Positions 56,608 through 64,000 of a stretch of 64,000 nt of DNA are shown piece after piece. Below the pieces are notes generated by a model. The model was not told the origin of the DNA. It did no database searches and worked only from the letters and a program-made list of their open reading frames with translations. The stretch comes from Escherichia phage vb_EcoM_bov11CS3. Each line of letters opens with the position of its first letter. The stretch's first letter is position 1. The stretch lies in sequence record MT884009.2, one strand, 5' to 3'. The position numbers were made by a program, and so were the translations under genes.

Positions 56608-58680
56608 TTATGAGAAGTCTGGCGGGACAACATCTTCTACATACCCTTTCAGAGCAACCTGCCCCATATGAAGCACGGTAGAATCTCTAGCGGTAACAGT
56701 GATGCTGTCAGACATTACTTGCGGGTATGCCCACACATACTGTTTTACCTCAGGGTATCTATACTCTATAGTTGCCATGTTTCCGCAAATACATCTCCAT
56801 AAAAATTCTTGGTAATTCCTAGTTGGGTCGTAGCCATATACCGGAGCAAGCTCTTTACTAGGAACGAACCCTGCAAGGTATTGTATTTCAGACGGTTGCC
56901 AACCTAACTTAACGATAGGTATGTTTACAGACTCTTTTGCCTTTTCAATACCTCCCTGCATCACCCAATCGTAGCACTCGGTGCAGAAGAAATCAAGAGC
57001 ACCTGCTTCCTTTTTATATTGGTCAGCAAGGTTCAGCTTTTGTGTAAGCTCAGTTTCCATAATGGTTGGGAAAAACAACAAAGCTGTCATCTGAGCTGAT
57101 GCAGCGTGTGCCTTTATTGCCTTTGAAATAGCCGCAATACGAGCGCCAAGCTTACCACGACAAAATGCTACATACTTGTCGTAAACACCGCCAGTTTTAG
57201 GATCGTCAATAGTCCCAATATCTAATGCATACTCACCTGTCTCATCATAAAACGCCTGTTTTGTAGGGTAATCATAAATACAAGGTCTACGAGTATCGGT
57301 ATTGTACCACCACCACGGTTCACCAACCTGCATAATCACTGGCAGGTTGTTTCTCATAGCGGCTGATGCAAAATTCTTAAATACTGCAGTAAGGAAATTC
57401 ATACCCTCTTCAATGGTTGGAGACAGGAGGTAGCTACAAGGTGTATACCCTGTTTTAGCGTAATTATCGTTCCAGTCTCTTTGGGTCCATTCCAACGGGC
57501 AGGCATCGCTGAAAAGCTCAAAACTTACAGATTGCATAACGTCGAAGTTATGTCGTTTGGCATTGTACATAAAATCATCATGCCATTTATAAGCTGCAGC
57601 GTTTAGCGCTCCTGTTCTGTTTATAGACCATTGAGTTCCTGACCATGTGTAGTCATAATAATGACTCATACCAACATAATGGTTTATGGTTCCGGTATAG
57701 CCCAGACGCTTGATATTGTTCAACACCCTTAAAGGAGATACGTTCCACATATCGTCATATGCGGTGCAGATCCCAACGTCGTGCTCTCTCACCTGAATAT
57801 TGTTAAGTTGCATCATTTTCCAGCCTGTGTCTGGCTGAAGCAGATCTAGGCGCAACTCACACTCTACGTTTTCCGTTCTCGGGTCTGTGCTGTTACTTAC
57901 CCAGTCTTTAGGCATAAGCGGTATTAAAATCCTTCTCACCTGCCGAGGATCAACACCCATCATGCTGTTGTTCTGGTCCATCCCGACGCAGTCCTCAAAA
58001 TCAATATGAATTTCTGCAACATTCTTATCCTCTGAGATGCTGACAGCATATTGAGCTAAAGGAACATAGATGATTGTGCCATCAACAAGGTCTACAGTCA
58101 TAATCATCTTTTCAGGAGTGGAGAAGTTGCTGGCGTTGGTTATTGACATTCTGAACCAAAGCTTGGTATTTCTCATCTCATAATGATCATCAAACCCAAT
58201 ACCGAAATGATCATACTTGTCAACTGTTTCCCAAATGCACCCGGCCATACCTCCATATGTTCTTGACACTAAACGGTTAATACAACAGTTATTATCTGCA
58301 ACAATACAGGTACTTTCAGTCTGCTGAGTAGTTGTAACCCAATATCTTGGGTGGAACATTCTCTCCTCAACAGTATCCCAAGATATCCTGTCAAGATTCT
58401 CATCTGAAACTATTGTACATTTCGCCCTTTGTGTTCCAATCATCACCCCTTGGGATTTTGATGAAAACTCCATAAAGAAGCTTCTTGGCAACCTATTGGG
58501 TAATTTGTCAACAATTTCCACCGGGATCTCAATACTGGTTGCCCCAATTGGGATAGTTACATCGCCCTCAACATGATTATAATCCCTACCAGGAACGGCA
58601 GTATCCTGAACTGTTCGGTAATGAAACTGTGCAGCCATTGTAGAGTAATCACGGTAAGGTTTAAAAACAGCTGTTGCCAT
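56608..58680 (-). CDS. Putative virion structural protein, tail or baseplate associated (690 aa)
   Basis: Located between the baseplate-associated protein and the tail-fibre paralogues. Confidence 0.5.
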   Translation of the reverse strand: MATAVFKPYRDYSTMAAQFHYRTVQDTAVPGRDYNHVEGDVTIPIGATSIEIPVEIVDKLPNRLPRSFFMEFSSKSQGVMIGTQRAKCTIVSDENLDRISWDTVEERMFHPRYWVTTTQQTESTCIVADNNCCINRLVSRTYGGMAGCIWETVDKYDHFGIGFDDHYEMRNTKLWFRMSITNASNFSTPEKMIMTVDLVDGTIIYVPLAQYAVSISEDKNVAEIHIDFEDCVGMDQNNSMMGVDPRQVRRILIPLMPKDWVSNSTDPRTENVECELRLDLLQPDTGWKMMQLNNIQVREHDVGICTAYDDMWNVSPLRVLNNIKRLGYTGTINHYVGMSHYYDYTWSGTQWSINRTGALNAAAYKWHDDFMYNAKRHNFDVMQSVSFELFSDACPLEWTQRDWNDNYAKTGYTPCSYLLSPTIEEGMNFLTAVFKNFASAAMRNNLPVIMQVGEPWWWYNTDTRRPCIYDYPTKQAFYDETGEYALDIGTIDDPKTGGVYDKYVAFCRGKLGARIAAISKAIKAHAASAQMTALLFFPTIMETELTQKLNLADQYKKEAGALDFFCTECYDWVMQGGIEKAKESVNIPIVKLGWQPSEIQYLAGFVPSKELAPVYGYDPTRNYQEFLWRCICGNMATIEYRYPEVKQYVWAYPQVMSDSITVTARDSTVLHMGQVALKGYVEDVVPPDFS

Positions 58681-59366
58681 TAACCCTCCTGTCTAGTTGC
58701 GTTTACTGTAATACTTTCACAATAAATGGTTGTGGTGTCCCAATCAGGTCTTACGTCAGGAACATACAGCAAAGTAGCCAGCCCACCAACTCCGAATTGG
58801 TTTTCTTCCCACACTGATCCGAAGCCAAGAGCTGTAGAGTCCCCTTCAAAACCAAAAGCTTGCCCTTGCGATTCTGTAAGACGCAAATGACAAGGTAATG
58901 GTAGCATATCTAAGATCTGATCGATAGACTGCAATATGTCAAAGCAAGTTTTTCTAATATTTATGTCAAACCTGAAGTTGTCTCCTTTCCACGTATCGAA
59001 ATTGTCTCTTCCGAACAATTGTCGCAAGGTGGAGATGACATCTTCGCGAGTCCCGCCCCTTGATGCTGCGGCCTGCTGAATAATTAGTGTGGCACGAAAA
59101 TCAGCATCTGAAAGTCCATTCCTAAGAATACCAAGTTGATTACCAACTTCGTCAAGGTATCTTCCGCTGGCATTGTTAAGCAATCTTCCTTCAGCCAAAC
59201 CTACCAGCATCTTATCAACATCCTCCAACCTTTTAAGGTATACGGTTAAGAATGTGACTAAATTAACCTTCTCAGCCAGAAAATCTCCAGGTAGGTAGTC
59301 AAGACCTCCCTGAACAAAATCTGGCAGAGTGTGGATGTGGTTAACATCCGACTTAATCTCTGCCAT
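58680..59366 (-). CDS. Putative baseplate-associated protein (228 aa)
   Basis: Directly downstream of the baseplate J-like gene with overlapping stop/start. Confidence 0.45.
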   Translation of the reverse strand: MAEIKSDVNHIHTLPDFVQGGLDYLPGDFLAEKVNLVTFLTVYLKRLEDVDKMLVGLAEGRLLNNASGRYLDEVGNQLGILRNGLSDADFRATLIIQQAAASRGGTREDVISTLRQLFGRDNFDTWKGDNFRFDINIRKTCFDILQSIDQILDMLPLPCHLRLTESQGQAFGFEGDSTALGFGSVWEENQFGVGGLATLLYVPDVRPDWDTTTIYCESITVNATRQEG

Positions 59367-59377
59367 ATCTCGCCGCC

Positions 59378-60868
59378 TTAAATAGTTTGTTGGAAAGTTA
59401 TATTACTTTCGTCGAGGTCAAACACCTCGGTCATGTTCGCAACAATATCGTTTGTAGTGTAAGCTTCATCAGAAGCTCCTACGGATTTAACTTGAATTAC
59501 CAGTCTATTAAATCTGCCTATTGACACAGCAGCGGATGCAGCACCGACCAATTGGATATTGTATAACGTATCTGCAACATCCAGTCCGTTAACAACCTGC
59601 AAAAGAGCCTCTACAATGGCATCTTTTTCGGTTGTGGAAAGCGCAGCACCGGAGTAGGTAATTCTTACATCCAAGCGGTAGGTATTTGCCTTGGAGTAAT
59701 AAATTCTTTCAGTTTGACCGTCAGATGTAATGACATCGTAGAAAATATTACCATAAGTCCTGTTCGTACAGGCTATAGTTTGGTAAAGTGCTTGGCAAAT
59801 GTCCTCCGTTGCACCACCAAACACAACCACTTGGAACTTGTAAGGAGGTATACCTTTAGCATCAGTTTTATCAGTGTTGTTGGAGAACACTCTCACTTTC
59901 TCAACACCTTTCACCTCGCTTACAGCGCTAAGGATTGCAGGACGGGTAGCCTTCGATGTTAACTGTTTTGTGCTGGAAGCTCTTAAGCGATACTCTGAGT
60001 CTTTCTCAACATCCCTGCCCTCATTGAATCTTTCTCTGTTGGTAAGCTTGATAAATCCACTGGGAGTAGGTGACATTGTTGTCACGGTTTCTGCCTCTCT
60101 TGACAGCTCACCAGCCTCGTTAGCGATAACATCTAGGGTGATAGTTCTTTCCCCTACAATCGGAGATACTCTGAAATCTACCCTACTATTAAGTCCAACT
60201 TGATCAAGATTCGAATTGTACCCTATCCACAACGTTCCTGTCAACATATCGATCTGAATCAAATCGTCGTTCAACAGGGTTGTATTATCGACAATGAACT
60301 GCTTAATCTCTCCGTAAAAGCTTGGCAGATCAGAGGAGTCCAGAGACTTATCTGTTAAAACCAGACTTTTTGTTTTGATACTTCCATCTGTCTGGTTGGT
60401 GATTTGAAAGTTGTATTTACCAATCCTTAGGTCTGGAGCATTTATTCTGTGGGCAATAAGATTCCCTGCCACCTGCACATCATTGCTAAGAATAAAGTTG
60501 CCACTATCCAGCGTATAAGTTTTGGAATCATAAATCATATTGTACGGCACAGTTGTGTTGATTGTCAACTGGCAGGTACCTGATGATTTAGAACGGCCTC
60601 TTCGGTAAATACCCTGTCTTCCAAGAAGCTCATCTAGGTAAATACCTTCTGCCCCATACAGCGTCTGTGATGCGTATACAGATGCTGCCATAAGAATAAG
60701 TTGATACTCTCGCTCGTTGAAGATAGTGGTCAGCTTATCTGCAACGGAGTTACTCTGTACGTTGAAGTTTTCGCCAAAAGCACGGATCAGGCTTTGCTTA
60801 GTTTCAACGATTAGGTCATTTAGGGTTGGTATAACGAAACCAGCCTCTGTCAATCCATACTTAGCCAC
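59378..60868 (-). CDS. Baseplate J-like protein (496 aa), GTG start
   Basis: N-terminus MAKYGLTEAGFVIPTLNDLI resembles baseplate J family proteins; GTG with SD ggagga. Confidence 0.65.
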   Translation of the reverse strand: MAKYGLTEAGFVIPTLNDLIVETKQSLIRAFGENFNVQSNSVADKLTTIFNEREYQLILMAASVYASQTLYGAEGIYLDELLGRQGIYRRGRSKSSGTCQLTINTTVPYNMIYDSKTYTLDSGNFILSNDVQVAGNLIAHRINAPDLRIGKYNFQITNQTDGSIKTKSLVLTDKSLDSSDLPSFYGEIKQFIVDNTTLLNDDLIQIDMLTGTLWIGYNSNLDQVGLNSRVDFRVSPIVGERTITLDVIANEAGELSREAETVTTMSPTPSGFIKLTNRERFNEGRDVEKDSEYRLRASSTKQLTSKATRPAILSAVSEVKGVEKVRVFSNNTDKTDAKGIPPYKFQVVVFGGATEDICQALYQTIACTNRTYGNIFYDVITSDGQTERIYYSKANTYRLDVRITYSGAALSTTEKDAIVEALLQVVNGLDVADTLYNIQLVGAASAAVSIGRFNRLVIQVKSVGASDEAYTTNDIVANMTEVFDLDESNITFQQTI

Positions 60869-60938
60869 GTCACTCCTCCGGTATGAAAATCTCTACAAGG
60901 TATTTTACCAAATTTTGTAACAATAGTCAATCTGAGCA

Positions 60939-60964
60939 TAAAAATAAACCCCGCCGAAGCGGGG
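60939..60964 (-). terminator. Rho-independent terminator; hairpin ccccgccgaagcgggg (copy 2 of 2)
   Basis: Identical hairpin to 34505-34520; U-tract follows on the minus strand. Confidence 0.6.
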
Positions 60965-60973
60965 CTTTAAAGG

Positions 60974-63900
60974 TTAGTCGTGAGACTCGTTCCAAGGTCC
61001 CTGGAAGCTTGAGTTAGAACGACTAACGATCACAGTGGGACAGGAGATTGTGACACCTGTCACGCTAGACGTTGACCACGGTGTGTAAATCTCGATAACA
61101 ATGTCTATAGTTTGTTCACCCAGACCTGTTATCCCTACCGCACACATGCCGTTGTTGTCGTTAAAATACTTCTTGCCAGCAAGGATCTGATGACCAGCTA
61201 TCCATGCATTCAATTGGGAGCTGGCAAGAGTACCATTCAGTTTAAAGAAGAATGTTACGTTCTTACCCTGACCTGAAACGTTATCTACGTATCTCCACCT
61301 CCAACGGCAAACCCTTTGCTGGGAGTTATATACTGGAGCACAATCCCCGTAAGTCCTGTGTGCAACAATTGCACCTTCGAACTGGTTAGCGCGGATAACA
61401 GAAGCTTCTACACGACCACGGAAGGTACCTCCGGTTGCATCTATGGTGCCTCTAAAGCTACCATTATTGGCATAAACATCCCCACGGAAGGTACCGCTAG
61501 TGGCGTTAACTGCCCCTGTGAAGTTACCAGAACTGGCGTTGATGTTGCCTTTCACCCACACATCCATAAATTGGGCGTGCCCGTTCTTGTTAATATACCA
61601 ACCGTATTTATGGTACCCGTTGCCATCGTAGTTGTTTGACGAAATTTCTTGTGCGATCTTGGCAGAGGAGATCGTGCCATTCTCTATAAAAGCGTCTTTC
61701 AAGAACGCTTGGTTGTTCTTGATTGCGAAAGCAAGGGTTGCTGTTCCATTGCCAGGGTTGTATACCGCAAAATTGTTTGCGCTAACCATGAAGTAGGATT
61801 GAACTTGGCCTCCAGACCCTTCCATCCCCAACTGAATACCTGCAACATATTTATTCCCTGCGGAGTCTACCTGTATTTTTGTGCCCCATTGAGCATTTAC
61901 TTTACCCTCTAAGTCGGTTACAGCCTTAGATGTTGTAGCTACTGCAGCCCTGATCTCAGACACATCCCCAACATCATCAATGATCTCCTGCTTAGCAACA
62001 GCAAGTTCTTGACGAATAGCTGACGCTGTGCCGTTGATAAGGTCCACAGTGGCTTTGTTGGTATCGGAAATTGTAGCATCCAGCGCTGTTTTTGTGGAGG
62101 TCAGTTTTCCATCCAAAGCATCAATCGCTTGCTTGTTGGTAGAAATCTCCCCACGTGCAGAAGTTATCTGCTCTGACAGTGCAGATGTTTTCTGATTCAG
62201 CAAGTCAGTTGTGGCCTTGTTGGTATTGGCAATCAAGGTGTTGAGGTCAGTTTTTGCGGTAGTTATCTTGCCGTCAAGGGTGGTATAGTTTTTAGATACC
62301 GTCGCGTTTGTCTGACTAATCTTTTGATCCAGAGTTTCAGATGTCCTGTTCAAAAGATCTACAGTGGCTCGGTTAGTGCTCAAGATGCTTGCGTCAAGTT
62401 CTGTTCTCTGAGTATTGATCTTACCATCCAGAGTTTTATCTCCGGCTAAATACCCGCTCTCAACTCCCTCTATCTGCTCTACCAGCTCACCTTTGGCGGC
62501 AACCAATTTCTCATCTAAAGCCTCTGTCTTTTTGTTCAGAAGATCAGTAGTTGCTTTATTGGTTGTCTCAATCAGGGATGCCAATCTTCCACTTTCAGTG
62601 TTCAGATCGTTGGTGAACTTGTTCTGTGCAGCAACAAGTTTCCTATCCAGCGCTGTGATATTGCCATTGACATCCTCAAACTTCTGAGTTGTCTCTGTAA
62701 CTACCGCACCTATTCTGTCTCCAAGTTGCTGGAATGCCTCATCTACCCTACCATCCATGTACCTGTTAAGTTCTGTGACCCTATTTTCAACCTCTTCAAT
62801 AGATGAATCTAAAGTGCTCATCAACTCTTTATAAGTTTCTGTCTTTTTAAATTCAGCATCTATCTGAGGCATCAAATCCTCAATAGAGGTGTAGCAGCGT
62901 GCAGCGCATTCTACAAACTGAGAACTACCAAAAGCGTTTGTGGTTCGAATATACCAATAATAAACCTTATCGTTCTGCAGACCTTCAGATGTCCAAGTTG
63001 AACCAACACCCATACGGGTGGCGTTTGAAGTAACGGTTGCATCACTGGTGTCGGGCAACCTTGTCATACCGGATGTCCAAAAGTCATACTGGGTGCTAAC
63101 ACTTGCTAAATCCCTACTATGCGGAATCAAGGTGATAGCAAAGTATCCTTGCTTAACCTCTACAGAAACCGGAGCTTCAGGTGCCTGAATGTTAAACTCA
63201 CAATACGCTTCTGGAGATACACCACCTTTATAAGATGTTGCAACCACGGTTGCTGTGTATGACCCTTTTGTCAAACCTTCTACTCTGACAAACTGCTCAA
63301 CTGTCTGTGCTGTCCAAACAATCTCTCCGTTCTTTCTTACCTGCACAATGTTTTGAGCATAAGTCCCAACGTTGTCCCAAGCCAAAACACCGTGAGTTAC
63401 TTCCCCAGCTTGGAGAACGGAGTATCTGAAGTTTTGCGGCTGAGCTACACCGGACGGGGATATCGGAATATCTACATCGCCGGAATCCGGAAGTTGCCCT
63501 GTGGCATCATTCCACTCTTTAGCATCTTGACGAAGTTTTACCTTGACACCGCCCTTTTTGGTGAACTCCCATTCAAGAACCCTCATTTCTTGGCCCACTA
63601 TACCAATACTTGGAAGATCCATTGTGACGTAACGACCAGGCTTAAATTTAAAACCTCGCATATTGCAGGTGACTTCAATAATCCTGCCAGCTCTGGCACG
63701 TCTTAAGAATATTGCAGAAACACGCTGAGCTTGATAAGGGCTGGTAACAAAGCGATAGTCTATATCGATTATCTTTCTTTCTCCATCCTTCTCTATCCAC
63801 TCTGGGACAAACACTGATGGAAAATCTGTTTCAGAATACCCTTTGGTCGGACTAGTGAATCTGCCAGTTATTGTGTTAGATCTTTTGTCAAATGAGGCTT

Positions 63901-64000
63901 CAGGATAGATCTTAACCTCACCGCAGACACAATCCTCACTTAGTGTCATTGTTGCCGGGCCATAGTATGCACCTACCAGCAGTCCATACTTACCAGCTAC
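60974..64000 (-). CDS. Tail fibre or central fibre protein with repeated coiled-coil segments, 5-prime end beyond the window
   Basis: Track ORF 60974-63949; the frame stays open upstream to position 64000; repeated NKATTDLLN segments; C-terminal GxFxG repeats. Confidence 0.65.
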   Translation of the reverse strand, partial: VAGKYGLLVGAYYGPATMTLSEDCVCGEVKIYPEASFDKRSNTITGRFTSPTKGYSETDFPSVFVPEWIEKDGERKIIDIDYRFVTSPYQAQRVSAIFLRRARAGRIIEVTCNMRGFKFKPGRYVTMDLPSIGIVGQEMRVLEWEFTKKGGVKVKLRQDAKEWNDATGQLPDSGDVDIPISPSGVAQPQNFRYSVLQAGEVTHGVLAWDNVGTYAQNIVQVRKNGEIVWTAQTVEQFVRVEGLTKGSYTATVVATSYKGGVSPEAYCEFNIQAPEAPVSVEVKQGYFAITLIPHSRDLASVSTQYDFWTSGMTRLPDTSDATVTSNATRMGVGSTWTSEGLQNDKVYYWYIRTTNAFGSSQFVECAARCYTSIEDLMPQIDAEFKKTETYKELMSTLDSSIEEVENRVTELNRYMDGRVDEAFQQLGDRIGAVVTETTQKFEDVNGNITALDRKLVAAQNKFTNDLNTESGRLASLIETTNKATTDLLNKKTEALDEKLVAAKGELVEQIEGVESGYLAGDKTLDGKINTQRTELDASILSTNRATVDLLNRTSETLDQKISQTNATVSKNYTTLDGKITTAKTDLNTLIANTNKATTDLLNQKTSALSEQITSARGEISTNKQAIDALDGKLTSTKTALDATISDTNKATVDLINGTASAIRQELAVAKQEIIDDVGDVSEIRAAVATTSKAVTDLEGKVNAQWGTKIQVDSAGNKYVAGIQLGMEGSGGQVQSYFMVSANNFAVYNPGNGTATLAFAIKNNQAFLKDAFIENGTISSAKIAQEISSNNYDGNGYHKYGWYINKNGHAQFMDVWVKGNINASSGNFTGAVNATSGTFRGDVYANNGSFRGTIDATGGTFRGRVEASVIRANQFEGAIVAHRTYGDCAPVYNSQQRVCRWRWRYVDNVSGQGKNVTFFFKLNGTLASSQLNAWIAGHQILAGKKYFNDNNGMCAVGITGLGEQTIDIVIEIYTPWSTSSVTGVTISCPTVIVSRSNSSFQGPWNESHD

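Noticed and set aside
1-64000. Lysogeny module (integrase, repressor, attachment site)
   Set aside because: No recombinase-like or CI-like ORF was recognisable; gene content is consistent with a lytic phage, though small repressors cannot be excluded without searches.

Overview
This window reads as a 64 kb segment of a tailed dsDNA bacteriophage genome, with no rRNA, tRNA, integrase or CRISPR array detected by eye. It has three transcriptional blocks. (1) Positions 1-38646 are almost entirely minus-strand: an early region of many small ORFs (1.4-20.8 kb) built from repeated units of sigma70-like promoter, GC hairpin, Shine-Dalgarno site and small gene, followed by a replication and DNA-modification module (20.8-38.6 kb). 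That module encodes a family A DNA polymerase, a T7 gp4-like primase-helicase, two DNA methyltransferase-like proteins, a Dda/PIF1-like helicase, a GHKL-fold ATPase, a secreted SleB-like cell-wall hydrolase and a MoxR-like AAA+ ATPase. (2) Positions 38.7-45.7 kb are plus-strand and include a tandem HNH-like protein and a VWA/HExxH metallopeptidase-like protein. (3) Positions 45.8-64.0 kb are a minus-strand structural module: an 1875-aa virion protein, paralogous tail-fibre proteins, a baseplate J-like protein and a repeat-rich fibre that runs off the window edge. Two non-coding hubs stand out: a nested palindromic element at 543-821 and a roughly 1 kb gene-free region at 11.25-12.2 kb with Fur-box-like palindromes and iteron-like repeats. 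The best candidates for something undescribed are the GHKL ATPase with its neighbouring 401-aa protein, the macro-domain protein, the TTG-initiated C5-methyltransferase-like protein with a PCT motif, and the 11.25-12.2 kb hub. All protein calls rest on motifs read by eye from the translations; no database search was run. Many small ORFs are listed at track coordinates or with starts adjusted by eye to an ATG/GTG/TTG preceded by a Shine-Dalgarno site.
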